From: a virus
Lineage: Duplodnaviria; Caudoviricetes
DNA length: 43,947 nt
IMG/VR virus record: IMGVR_UViG_3300046739_000203
Coordinates: 1-43,947 of that record
Direction: 5' to 3' (one strand)
Part shown: piece by piece, positions 7,075-16,693 of the stretch
Position numbering within the stretch: position 1 is the first letter of the stretch
Layout of the letters: every line of letters begins with the position of its first letter
The notes under the pieces: model-generated
The model's input: the letters and a program-made list of their open reading frames with translations, nothing else
Told to the model about the DNA's origin: nothing
The model's database searches: none
Made by a program: the position numbers and the translations under genes

Positions 7075-7396
7075 AATTCCGATGCGCGAGGCCACCGAAA
7101 CCGAAGCACGCGAAGCCGTGATGGCGGTATTGAAGTTCAATCGCCGCTGGGCGATTCGCGGTGTCCTGATTATGGGTGGAAATCTGCTGATTGCGGCGTG
7201 GGATGCCTACTGGATGGCCCATGATCTCGCGCATCACTACCGCTTCCTTGCCGTTTTCATGGCGCTGGCCTCATTGGTCGGGGTCTGGTCCGCAGGCCGG
7301 TGCTGGCCGATGTTCATTCTCAACTTTCGCCTGTGGCAAATGCACTGTTTGATGTTGGAAACCTTCGTGAAGCCCCCGCCTGCCGACCGCCCCTAG
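7067..7396 (+). CDS. Membrane protein with two hydrophobic segments
   Basis: ORF 6950..7396 trimmed to ATG 7067 behind GGAGG. Confidence 0.65.
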   Translation: MSEIPMREATETEAREAVMAVLKFNRRWAIRGVLIMGGNLLIAAWDAYWMAHDLAHHYRFLAVFMALASLVGVWSAGRCWPMFILNFRLWQMHCLMLETFVKPPPADRP

Positions 7397-7464
7397 TCCA
7401 AATCTTCCATTTTTCATAGATTTAATTCCAAAAACCATATTTCCGGGTGTATCTTCGAGGCACG

Positions 7465-8100
7465 ATGGCCGAGGAATACACCGATTTGCCGTTTTCGGAC
7501 GCAAATTCCGACAAAACCCTGAGTCCGCACGCCGCCCGCCTTCAGGAACAGAAGGTTTTGAACTACGTGCGCCGTGGGATGGGCAAAACCGGGGTTTCCC
7601 ACCGGGTGATGACCGACGCCGAGCGGATGACCATCTGCATGTTGTGTGGGCAGGGCCTGTCCTACGATGAAATCGGGGAACAAGTCAAACGATCCCCGGC
7701 CACGGTGCGCGGTGTCATCTTCCAGGCGCGAAAAGCAGCATCCGCCGCAGGCTTGAACTACGACTGGCGCGCGGACTTGAAGGAAAAATCCGTCCAGGCG
7801 ATCCGCGCTGCGTTGGTTCACGACAAGGACCCCTACAAAGCCGGTGGCATCGCGGTCCAGACCATGAAGGGCCTGGGCGAATTCGAAAACGAGGGCCAGG
7901 TCCACATCGCGACCCTCTTGAATTCCATCCCGGAATCCCAACGAGACCGCTACGTATCGCTCGACACCGCCGATGCCATCGAAATCGAGGGCAACGAAGT
8001 TCCCGACCCGGCTCCAGCGGAAGTTCCTTTTGAGGACGAGCCAGAGGCCGAGCCTCCAACCGTGGACGACCCGGAGCCGGGGAAGGAACCGACGCCATGA
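7465..8100 (+). CDS. Probable terminase small subunit (N-terminal HTH, acidic tail)
   Basis: HTH-like GLSYDEIGEQVKRSPATVR; directly upstream of TerL and coupled to it. Confidence 0.65.
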   Translation: MAEEYTDLPFSDANSDKTLSPHAARLQEQKVLNYVRRGMGKTGVSHRVMTDAERMTICMLCGQGLSYDEIGEQVKRSPATVRGVIFQARKAASAAGLNYDWRADLKEKSVQAIRAALVHDKDPYKAGGIAVQTMKGLGEFENEGQVHIATLLNSIPESQRDRYVSLDTADAIEIEGNEVPDPAPAEVPFEDEPEAEPPTVDDPEPGKEPTP

Positions 8101-9851
8101 GCCGGGAGATGCCGCAATCGCTATCGCTTCCGGCACGCAAAAAATACATGGCGTCGTATCTGGCCGACCGCGAGCGCGGGCGCAAGGATCTGCTCTGGCT
8201 CTGCCGTGAAGTGTTGGGCTATCGCGACATCCGTGGAGCGGACCCCGGCTGGGAAGACCTGGGTAATATCTCTGCCGGGGAAAACCATCAGCCGTTGCTC
8301 GACGGCCTGCACAAGTTCGCCGGTCGAAAAGAAATCGCCGACTGCGAAGCGATGACGGTGGTTTCCTCCATCGAGCGCATGGCGATGTACGACCAACTGG
8401 AGCCGGACGGGAACCGCAATTTCCTCGCCCTATTTCCCCGCGATCATCTCAAAACCAGCATCTGCACCATCGGTCACACGTTGCAGTGGATTTTGAACTA
8501 TCCCGACGTGCGTATCCTGCTTTCATTCTCCTCCGGCGACCACGGCGACCGCATCATGACCGCGATCCTGGGCCACTTCCGGTACAACTCGAATTTTCGA
8601 TTCTGGTATCCGGAGTTTTGCCCGCCCGCGAAAAACGCGAAGGACTTCGGGAGTCTGCAATCGTTCATCGTTCCCAACCGCACCCGGCAAATCACAGAAC
8701 CCACCGTGATGGCGGTGTCGGTGGGCAAAATGATTGCCGGAACCCACCAGGACGTACACAAACATTCCGACCTTGTGGACAAGGAGAACGTCAAGACATC
8801 CGCAGGTATCCGCGAGGTCGTGGACCACTTCAAATACACCGATCCGCTGCTAGCGCGCGTTGCAGGCAAGCAAGGCTGGCGCGATGTCGAGGGCACACCC
8901 TACGACTTTTCCGATCTCTACGGTCACATCCGCGATACCGAATCGAACCTGCCCGAAGCGCAGCGCAGTTGGCGTGTGGTCGAGCGCGGCGCGCAGATCC
9001 ACGCCGAGACGGGCAAGACTTTGTGGCCACATCGATACGACTGGGCATCGTTGGAGCGAATCAAGCACCTGGTCGGCCTCTACATCTTCGAGGCCCAGTA
9101 CAACATGCGCTGTATTGCACCATCCGGGGGACTGGCCACGCGCGAAGAGATCATGTGGATACCCCGCGCGAGGGTCGCCGAACTGATGCCGCAATATCGG
9201 ATTCACACCACTGTGGATCTAGCCGGAATGGAGGAGAAATCCGACGGCGCGTTTTGCGCGCTGACCACCTGCGGTTTCCTTCCATCCGGCTACATCCATG
9301 TGATTGATATCCGGCACGGACACTTCACCCCGTTCCAGGTCATCTGGCATTTCTTCGACATCCACAAGAAGTACCGGCCCAGGGATTTCAAGATGGAGAA
9401 GAACCACCATGCGCAGGTCATCGAACCGTTTCTGCGGCAGGAGATGGCCAAGCGAAACACGTACCTGAACGTGTTGAACATTCCCCGCGACAACGCGATA
9501 TCGAAGGACAACCGGATTTCGGGATTGCAATCGTGGTTCGCGGCGAAACGGATTCGCATCGTGGACGACCTTGCCTGCGATGGGCATCTCATCATGGAGA
9601 TCACCCGTTTCAACAAGTACAAGTACAAGGACATCCTCGACACTCTTGCCGACCAGTTGCAGCACGCCGATGGCGTGGGCATCGAGCCGGACCTGTACCC
9701 GCGCCAGAGCGAAGATTCGGGCCGTCCGTGGTTTGAAGAACTGGGCCGCGCGAAATTTCTCGGATTTGATCCGATGTCCAAGCAAGCCATTTTCGGTGGG
9801 CAACCCACCGAGACCGAAGACAGCTACTACCACGCGAGGACGGGATTGTAA
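8097..9851 (+). CDS. terL: Terminase large subunit
   Basis: Walker A-like PRDHLKTS, GTPYDFSDLY, F.AQY, RNase H-like nuclease residues (TTVDLA...KDILDTLA); upstream of portal. Confidence 0.9.
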   Translation: MSREMPQSLSLPARKKYMASYLADRERGRKDLLWLCREVLGYRDIRGADPGWEDLGNISAGENHQPLLDGLHKFAGRKEIADCEAMTVVSSIERMAMYDQLEPDGNRNFLALFPRDHLKTSICTIGHTLQWILNYPDVRILLSFSSGDHGDRIMTAILGHFRYNSNFRFWYPEFCPPAKNAKDFGSLQSFIVPNRTRQITEPTVMAVSVGKMIAGTHQDVHKHSDLVDKENVKTSAGIREVVDHFKYTDPLLARVAGKQGWRDVEGTPYDFSDLYGHIRDTESNLPEAQRSWRVVERGAQIHAETGKTLWPHRYDWASLERIKHLVGLYIFEAQYNMRCIAPSGGLATREEIMWIPRARVAELMPQYRIHTTVDLAGMEEKSDGAFCALTTCGFLPSGYIHVIDIRHGHFTPFQVIWHFFDIHKKYRPRDFKMEKNHHAQVIEPFLRQEMAKRNTYLNVLNIPRDNAISKDNRISGLQSWFAAKRIRIVDDLACDGHLIMEITRFNKYKYKDILDTLADQLQHADGVGIEPDLYPRQSEDSGRPWFEELGRAKFLGFDPMSKQAIFGGQPTETEDSYYHARTGL

Positions 9852-11863
9852 TGGCCAGCTACGGAACCGCCGCGCTCGACGCCTACGCCCCGCTCACCGA
9901 AGCGGAAGCCGCAAAGATCACCACCACCGAACAGGAGTGGTCCGATAGCTTCGCGTTGAAAATTGTGTGCGACGATTTCTCGCGCGCGGAAAACTATCGC
10001 TCGCAAAACCACGACTGGCGCTGGCAGAACGCCGACGCGCTCTACCTGGGCTATGTCGCGCAAAAGTTTTGGGAAGGCACGAAGATCCCGCGCGCATCGA
10101 TCCCGGTATTCACCGCCTACGAACAAATTGAATCGATGGTGCCGCGTGTGGTCCAGGCATTGTTTGGCGATAACCCGTGGTTTGAAGCATCGCCGATTGG
10201 CAAGACCACGCCGAAGGCCGCGCGGGTGAGCCGCGACACGATTCTGGCGCAGATGGCCGAGACCCGGATCAAGCGCGTGGTGGAACTGGCGCTGCGCAGC
10301 GGTCTCACCTACGGCAACGGAATTCTGGAATCGTCCTGGCTCTACCAATCGCAGATGGTGAAAAAGTTCGTGCCGCGCTTCCAGCCCCAGCGCCGCCCGA
10401 TCCAGCATCCCATTACCGGCCAGACGTTCTCGGTGCCATCGGGTGGCTTCGACCGCGTCGTGGTGGAAGTGATGGAGGAGGAGTATGTCAACCGGCCCAA
10501 CGTCGAGACCGTCTCGCTGAAGGATTTCTACATCGATCCGAACTGTCCGACATCGGACCCGGCAGACGCGCGCTACACCGTCAAGCGCCTGTTCCTGGAT
10601 CTGGACTATTTGAAATCCCTGCGGGCGCTGGAGGATTTCACGATTCCCGACGATGCGACGTTGACCGAGATGGCGCAGGTGAAGCCATCCACGCAGGGCG
10701 ACAACACCAAGTCCTGGCAGGAGTCCGCGCGCATGGCGAATTGGCAACCGCAGGTGGATCAAACCGCCGATCCCGGTGGCACGCGGGTGGAGGTGTTGAT
10801 CTACAAGACAGACCGGCGAATTGTGTGGGTGGCCAATCGCTCGATGGTGTTCTACAACCGGCCCAACCCCTACGGTCGGAAACTGCAATACAACTTCTGC
10901 TACACGGATCTGCTGGACCGTTTCTACGGTCTCGCGATCACCGATGTGGTCGAAGGCGAACAGCGATTGCAGGAAGGCGTATTGAATGGGCGTATCGATG
11001 AACTGGCGCTCAACATCCACCCCCAGACCGTGGTGGCCAGGTCCAATACCGAACCTGTCTACAAGCTGCGAGTGCGGCCTGGGGGTGTGACGTATTCCAC
11101 CGATCCGAAAAACGACATGCGCCGGGAGTACACGCAGAACGTGACCCAACAGGCGTTCATGGAAACCGCAGCGTCCGACGTGCGCGTGCAGAAAATCACC
11201 GGGCAAAACGATCTCGTGTCGGGCGCGCAAAATCCGGTGGCGCGATCCGCGACCGGCGCGGGCCTGCAAGGCCAGGCGACATTCAGTCGGTCGCAGTACC
11301 AGGTGGAGAAGGTCGAAGACAACATGCTGGGGCCGATTCTGACCGACGTGCACATGCTCAACCAGCACCACCTGGACCCGAACCAGATGATTGAGGCCGT
11401 CGATGGCCAGATGATCGACCCGATGGAAGTATTCGGCGCGAAGGTGCGATTTGAAATGCGTGCCGGTTCTCGCATGGCGTCCCGTCAAGGACTGCTCCAG
11501 GTGCTGCCCTACATCATGCAGTACGCGATGAACCCGCAATTGAATTCGCAGCTGGCCGACCAGGGCAAGACGCTCGACTACGAGGAAATTTTCCAGATGC
11601 TTCTGGACTCGACCGGCTACAAGAAAAAGGCCACCTGGATTCGCGACATGACCCCGCAGGAACAGCAGGCGCTCCAGGCCGCGCGCCAGAATCCGCAAAA
11701 CGCCGAACTCCAGAAACAGCGCGAGCGCATGGCGCAGATGGCCACGATGCAGCAGAACAAGGGCGAACTGGATCTGACCAAGGTGGCCATCCAGGCGCGC
11801 TCCGACGAGAAGATTGCATTGCTGGATGCGAAAACAAAACTGGAGACCAGCGGCAGTGATTGA
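9851..11863 (+). CDS. Portal protein (P22-like podovirus type)
   Basis: 670 aa after TerL; YGNG, DFYIDP and FYG.AI motifs; Q-rich C-terminal helix. Confidence 0.85.
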   Translation: MASYGTAALDAYAPLTEAEAAKITTTEQEWSDSFALKIVCDDFSRAENYRSQNHDWRWQNADALYLGYVAQKFWEGTKIPRASIPVFTAYEQIESMVPRVVQALFGDNPWFEASPIGKTTPKAARVSRDTILAQMAETRIKRVVELALRSGLTYGNGILESSWLYQSQMVKKFVPRFQPQRRPIQHPITGQTFSVPSGGFDRVVVEVMEEEYVNRPNVETVSLKDFYIDPNCPTSDPADARYTVKRLFLDLDYLKSLRALEDFTIPDDATLTEMAQVKPSTQGDNTKSWQESARMANWQPQVDQTADPGGTRVEVLIYKTDRRIVWVANRSMVFYNRPNPYGRKLQYNFCYTDLLDRFYGLAITDVVEGEQRLQEGVLNGRIDELALNIHPQTVVARSNTEPVYKLRVRPGGVTYSTDPKNDMRREYTQNVTQQAFMETAASDVRVQKITGQNDLVSGAQNPVARSATGAGLQGQATFSRSQYQVEKVEDNMLGPILTDVHMLNQHHLDPNQMIEAVDGQMIDPMEVFGAKVRFEMRAGSRMASRQGLLQVLPYIMQYAMNPQLNSQLADQGKTLDYEEIFQMLLDSTGYKKKATWIRDMTPQEQQALQAARQNPQNAELQKQRERMAQMATMQQNKGELDLTKVAIQARSDEKIALLDAKTKLETSGSD

Positions 11864-12200
11864 GTCCGATGGTGGCCTCGGCCATGACCAGATTGACGCG
11901 CTCCAGAAAGCCGCCTCGTATCGCGCGCTGGCGGAATCGGACGGCTATCACCGGCTGTTGGACTTTCTCGAATCCTGGTCGAACCTGGCGCTACAGAACA
12001 TGCGCACTGCCAGCTTTCGCGACGATGACCGGACGCGAACCAACATGCAGTTGATCTGGTCGGAACGTGAAAACACGCTCGAAGAAATCCAGCACGAAGT
12101 GCAACGCGGCATTGCCGCAGGCCAGCAACTGGCCAACGAAATTGATCCCGAAGTACGCATCAACGCTGGACTCCCAATGGAGTTTGGCGACAACGAATAG
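11856..12200 (+). CDS. Small helical protein following portal
   Basis: ORF 11814..12200 trimmed to GTG 11856; position. Confidence 0.65.
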   Translation: MIESDGGLGHDQIDALQKAASYRALAESDGYHRLLDFLESWSNLALQNMRTASFRDDDRTRTNMQLIWSERENTLEEIQHEVQRGIAAGQQLANEIDPEVRINAGLPMEFGDNE

Positions 12201-12212
12201 AGGAATCCCGCG

Positions 12213-13181
12213 ATGAAAGACGAAAAGGACCTGCCCGTATCACCCAACGAGCCGCCTGCTGCGGAGGACACCACACACCTGTTCACCGACTCCGGCGATG
12301 GTGGCGGCGAATCGATGCTGCCTGGCTACGATGGCGCAGAAGGTAGCCCCACGGCGGTGCCGGAACCCTACGAGGCAAAGGGCGAAAAACTACTGCGATT
12401 GAAACTGCCGGGCGGTCACGCCTACACGGCCAAGACCGAACGCGAATTGCTCGAACTGGTCTACAAGGGCAAGGTCGCCGCCGATGAAGCGATCCGCGAC
12501 CGCGAAGCGCAGATTCGCAACTTGCAGCAGGCCGGGCCTGCGGGTGCGCGTCCGAACCCATCCCCGGGCATGGTGCAAGCGCCACCGATGACACCGGGCG
12601 AGGAATGGGACCCGCAAAAATACCTGAACCTGCTGGGCGAAGATCCGATGAAGGCGCGGCTCTACCAGGACAAGTTCATGTACGGCGGTCTCGATCCAGT
12701 GCAGGCGACATCGTATGCGTATAACGTCGCGCAGAAACTCGACCAGCAGATGCTCGCCGCATCGTTCCACGACCGCAATCCCGATTTTCCGATTTCGCCG
12801 GAGAACTCCCAGAAACTGATGGGCGTGCTCCAGGCGCGCGGTCTGGCTCCCAACATCGTGAACCTGGAATGGGCCTACGGCGAAATGAAGCGCAACGGAG
12901 TACTGGCACCTGCCGGTCCCGGTGCTGCGGTGGACGAAAACCAATACGAGGAAATCGACTTCGGTGCCCCAGGCACCAATCATGCGCCCCCGGTAGCTCC
13001 ACGGCCTGCGGCACCTGCTCCGCCTCAACCGCCTGCTGGCCCGCAACGTCGCGGCGGGGGCGCACCGCCGTCCCCGCGCAATGGCGGTGGAAACAACACG
13101 CCCGATGTCGTCAGCTTCGAGCAGATGACGCTGGCGGAATTGAAAGCGCACGCGCAGAAAATCGGCGCGCTTCGGCACTGA
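12213..13181 (+). CDS. Probable capsid scaffolding protein
   Basis: Between portal and capsid; acidic N-terminus, Pro-rich linker, short C-terminal helix. Confidence 0.65.
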   Translation: MKDEKDLPVSPNEPPAAEDTTHLFTDSGDGGGESMLPGYDGAEGSPTAVPEPYEAKGEKLLRLKLPGGHAYTAKTERELLELVYKGKVAADEAIRDREAQIRNLQQAGPAGARPNPSPGMVQAPPMTPGEEWDPQKYLNLLGEDPMKARLYQDKFMYGGLDPVQATSYAYNVAQKLDQQMLAASFHDRNPDFPISPENSQKLMGVLQARGLAPNIVNLEWAYGEMKRNGVLAPAGPGAAVDENQYEEIDFGAPGTNHAPPVAPRPAAPAPPQPPAGPQRRGGGAPPSPRNGGGNNTPDVVSFEQMTLAELKAHAQKIGALRH

Positions 13182-13194
13182 AACTATTGTTCGC

Positions 13195-13224
13195 TTGACG
13201 ACTCGGCGCGACCGAGTTTTTAAT
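13195..13224 (+). promoter_or_regulatory. TTGACG-18 nt-TTTAAT promoter-like element with ACTCGG/CCGAGT palindrome in the spacer (or a weak terminator)
   Basis: Direct reading of the intergenic region upstream of the capsid gene. Confidence 0.45.
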
Positions 13225-13383
13225 CACTGGCAGCGCGGAGTACTTTCAACCAAGAAGCACCCGCGCTTGTCATCAACCTGCACTCCGGAACCACACGGGG
13301 TCTTTTCCGCTCGATAACCACATCGGCGCTCTCTGAACCCAAGTTTCGTTTTCATCGTTTCCACGAACGAACAGGAGAGCTAT

Positions 13384-14346
13384 ATGGCCTATACCCCGGC
13401 AAGCAATCTCACCGGCACGGCGACCATCCGTCACCTTGCCACGGTGTACTACAAGAAACAGGCGCTGGACCAGCTGATGAAGAAGTTCTACTTCATGTCG
13501 GCAGGCGAACCCGACATCATCCCGCTGCGTTCCGGCAAAACCGTCCAGTACTATCGCTACACGTTGTTCGCCGCCAACACCGCGCCAACAACGGAAGGCA
13601 CCGTGGGCACCGGCCTCTCGCTGGACACCACGACCATTTCGGCGACCGTCTCCGAGTACAGCGACTTCCTCACGGGATCTTCGCTCTTGGAGGAAACGGC
13701 CATCGATCCCATCGCGGAAAATTCCGCCAAGCAGTTGGGATATCGCGCCGGTCTCTCGGTCGATACCATCTGCCGCATCGAACTGGATTCTCCCGGCGCT
13801 CTCATCAACCAGGCCACCATCGCGGCCAACGGAACATCCGCCGATCTGCGCAAAGCCAAGGCGCTGCTGAACGGCCAGGATGTGGGTCCAAAGGAAGGCG
13901 AAGATTTCCTCGGGATCATCCACCCCTATGTGCTCTACGACATCCTCTCCGACAACGCCGCTGGCGGGTTCATCGACGTGATGCGCTATTCCCAGCCCGA
14001 GGTCGCGATGACGGGTGAAGTGGGAAAAGTCGAAGGCGTGCGATTGGTGAAGTCCACCAACGTGAAGAACGATGGCGTTGCCGCTCCCGGCACCAAATAT
14101 TCCACCTACGTCATCGGCGAAGGCGCGATGGGTGTGGTTTCCCTCGGTGGCCGTGGTCCATCGAAGGTTACCGATCCGAAGAAGCAGAGCTTCCAGGTGA
14201 ATGTGATCCCCGGCAAGCCGCAGATCGCCGATCCGGAAGGCAAGATCGGATTCGCGGTCAGCTATCGATTCGTGTTCGTCGCGAAATTGCTCGACACGAC
14301 CACGTACCGATACAAAGCCATTCAGATGGATTCGTCCATCGTCTAG
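13384..14346 (+). CDS. Major capsid protein (N4-gp56-like HK97 fold)
   Basis: IP..SGKTVQ..RY, EG, IIHP.V.YD, GEVGKVEGVR.V.S motifs; AGGAG SD. Confidence 0.9.
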   Translation: MAYTPASNLTGTATIRHLATVYYKKQALDQLMKKFYFMSAGEPDIIPLRSGKTVQYYRYTLFAANTAPTTEGTVGTGLSLDTTTISATVSEYSDFLTGSSLLEETAIDPIAENSAKQLGYRAGLSVDTICRIELDSPGALINQATIAANGTSADLRKAKALLNGQDVGPKEGEDFLGIIHPYVLYDILSDNAAGGFIDVMRYSQPEVAMTGEVGKVEGVRLVKSTNVKNDGVAAPGTKYSTYVIGEGAMGVVSLGGRGPSKVTDPKKQSFQVNVIPGKPQIADPEGKIGFAVSYRFVFVAKLLDTTTYRYKAIQMDSSIV

Positions 14347-14355
14347 GAGGCCGCT

Positions 14356-14934
14356 ATGGCGCAGGCGTCTGTTATCAGACTCGCCGCGCAGCTGCCTTCG
14401 CAGGAACTCAATCTCGGCGCGGTTTCCGTCGCCGAGAAGGTGTTCCGCAAAAATGATGGCAGTGCGCTGGTGCTTCCGTTTCCGCTGACATCGCTCGCTG
14501 GGCCGACCGGCAAAATTATGTCGCTGTTCCGCATTCGCGCGGCAGGTCGCGTGTTTGGTAGCGGTGCCATGAACTTCACGCCCCAGTTGCTGTGGGGCAC
14601 GTCGATCACGGTGGCGCAGAACACGGACCTCGAATCCGGTGTGGCCGGTGCGTTGACTTCCCAGGATGGGACCTGGCGCATCGACGGGGACTACTCGATT
14701 GATTTCACCACGGGACGTATCAGCGGGTTCGCCACCAATTTCATGTCCGGCAACGCGCAGGTCCTCACGGCGGCGGCGATTTCGGATTTGCAGATTGGAA
14801 ACCTGTCTACGCCTCCGATGGTGTTCAACCGGCCAGAGAACCAGTACGGGTTTGTGGTCTCCGGGACATTCTCGGTCGGCAACGCTTTGAACAAGGCGTA
14901 CCTGGATATTTTCCAACTCGAAATGGTGGGGTAG
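14356..14934 (+). CDS. Probable virion structural protein
   Basis: Immediately after the capsid gene; AGGAGG SD; beta-rich composition. Confidence 0.6.
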   Translation: MAQASVIRLAAQLPSQELNLGAVSVAEKVFRKNDGSALVLPFPLTSLAGPTGKIMSLFRIRAAGRVFGSGAMNFTPQLLWGTSITVAQNTDLESGVAGALTSQDGTWRIDGDYSIDFTTGRISGFATNFMSGNAQVLTAAAISDLQIGNLSTPPMVFNRPENQYGFVVSGTFSVGNALNKAYLDIFQLEMVG

Positions 14935-14936
14935 TC

Positions 14937-15803
14937 GTGCTCATAAAAACCGAAAGCAATCAAGCTGCGATTGCCGAAGAGGATCTGGTCCGCAAGACGC
15001 GGCACCACTTCGAGCAGGAAGATCGCGCCCAAACAAAACGAGATGCCGACACGATTGCGCCGGACCTGGCGGGGATGGATGTCACCAACCCCGGCCAGAG
15101 GGCAGGACGCCCCATGTCGGGATGGACGCTCCAGCAGAAGCTGGAAAAGATCGTGTCGATTCTCTACTTCGAGCGCAGCAACGCCGATCCGACAAAGACC
15201 GGCATCTACCTGGTGCTGCATCGATCCACAAGCGCGAACAAATATGACGGCCTGCGGTTCCTCTGCGGCATGGAGACCGGCGTGATGCCGGAGTTTTCTG
15301 TCATCGAGGCCGAGGCCCATACCGTGCCCGATCCGGAAGCGCCAGGGGGCAACCGCATCGAGTTCGGCATGGCCAAGGAAATTCGCGGCTGGCGCACGGT
15401 GCTGCTGCGCCTCATGCAAAACCGCGTTCTATCGGCACACGATATCGAACGCTATTTCAACATTTCAATGGGTCGCGATTCCCAGCGATGGCAACAACTC
15501 CTGGCCGGGAATTTCGAACTCGTGACCGAGGAGTACGACGATGGGAGAGATTCGGGAGCGACTGGCGAAGACCGAAGCGGGGATCGAACACCGGATGGAG
15601 ACGGAGAACCAATCGGTAGGGATCAACCTGAACATGGACCAGCTGATGGCGTTGATACGGGAGATGAAGAAACCCGACGACGAGACGCTGGCGGCGAAAG
15701 CAGCCGAGGACAAGCGCAAGAAGGACGCGATGGACTCGATGATTGCGCTCACGAAGCTGGAGCAGGAGAACCGCGCGCGGGGACAGAAGAACTGCCCGCA
15801 TGA
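14937..15803 (+). CDS. Hypothetical protein (RGWRTVLLRL motif) with long acidic tail overlapping the next gene
   Basis: ORF track. Confidence 0.7.
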   Translation: MLIKTESNQAAIAEEDLVRKTRHHFEQEDRAQTKRDADTIAPDLAGMDVTNPGQRAGRPMSGWTLQQKLEKIVSILYFERSNADPTKTGIYLVLHRSTSANKYDGLRFLCGMETGVMPEFSVIEAEAHTVPDPEAPGGNRIEFGMAKEIRGWRTVLLRLMQNRVLSAHDIERYFNISMGRDSQRWQQLLAGNFELVTEEYDDGRDSGATGEDRSGDRTPDGDGEPIGRDQPEHGPADGVDTGDEETRRRDAGGESSRGQAQEGRDGLDDCAHEAGAGEPRAGTEELPA

Positions 15804-15942
15804 AAAGCAGGACAAGACCTCGACCTGGTACGGCCAGGTGCATTCCGATGGATTGATCCATCCGATTTGCGTGCGCTGCCAGAAGGAAGCCACGCCGTAT
15901 CCACCACCACGGGAATTGATTTCCGGAATGGGACTGAGCTAA
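15541..15942 (+). CDS. Coiled-coil plus Zn-binding protein (CPH...H...CVRC)
   Basis: GAGGAG SD before ATG 15541; ends 4 nt before the next gene. Confidence 0.75.
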   Translation: MGEIRERLAKTEAGIEHRMETENQSVGINLNMDQLMALIREMKKPDDETLAAKAAEDKRKKDAMDSMIALTKLEQENRARGQKNCPHEKQDKTSTWYGQVHSDGLIHPICVRCQKEATPYPPPRELISGMGLS

Positions 15943-15946
15943 ACCA

Positions 15947-16690
15947 ATGGCATCGACCTACAAGATTTCCGACGCGATCACCTACGCGCAGGCGATTTGT
16001 GTAGGGATGCCCGTGGCCGCGATCCAGCTTGCCGCCGCCGACATGGTGAACGCCATCATCTGGAATGCGTACCCGTGGCAGTGGGCGCGAAAGAACGCAC
16101 CGGCCATTCCACTCATCGACGGACAGCAGGACTATTCGTTCGCGACGGTCGCCGACTACATGCGGCTGTTGAAGGCCACGTTGGTGCGAACCAGCACCAC
16201 GCCCAACGCCTACGAAGAACTCACCGTTGTTCGCAATCTCGCGCAGGATCTCACGAAGGCCGGGTTTCGCTCCGGTCTGTCCCAGGTCGCCTATGACGGC
16301 ACCACGGGCGGGCCGATCCTGCGATTGAACCAGGCCGCGTCGATTCCGCCCGGCAACGTGGTGAACCTGGTGCCGCAGTACCAGCCGCAGCCGGTGAAGA
16401 TCATTGCCGTCACCGCGACCATTGTGTTCCCCGACCAATATTTTATGACGTTCTGCGCGGGCCTGCTTTGGCAGTTCTATCTGCTGGCGAAGGACGGTCG
16501 CGCCGGTACCGCGCAGGCCACCAAGACCGGATCGATGGTCTACACCGGCCAGATGGGGATCTTCTACGACGAATTGATTTCGATGCGCGAGGCCGAAGAC
16601 TACGGCGGCGGCGACACCCTGCACCCGTCCGAGCCTATTGGCATCGGTGGGCCGGGTACCTGGATTGGTGCCGGAATCTATGGGCCATAA
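15947..16690 (+). CDS. Probable head-tail adaptor (tail tubular A/gp4-like position)
   Basis: Size and position; YPWQW and GQQDY motifs typical of podovirus adaptors. Confidence 0.6.
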   Translation: MASTYKISDAITYAQAICVGMPVAAIQLAAADMVNAIIWNAYPWQWARKNAPAIPLIDGQQDYSFATVADYMRLLKATLVRTSTTPNAYEELTVVRNLAQDLTKAGFRSGLSQVAYDGTTGGPILRLNQAASIPPGNVVNLVPQYQPQPVKIIAVTATIVFPDQYFMTFCAGLLWQFYLLAKDGRAGTAQATKTGSMVYTGQMGIFYDELISMREAEDYGGGDTLHPSEPIGIGGPGTWIGAGIYGP

Positions 16691-16693
16691 CCG

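Noticed and set aside
9827-11698. Long antisense ORFs (also 13273-14916, 23446-26118, 31168-32580 and 39289-41277 on minus; 35595-37103 on plus)
   Set aside because: They are shadow frames of clearly identified genes in high-GC DNA, with no motifs or SD.
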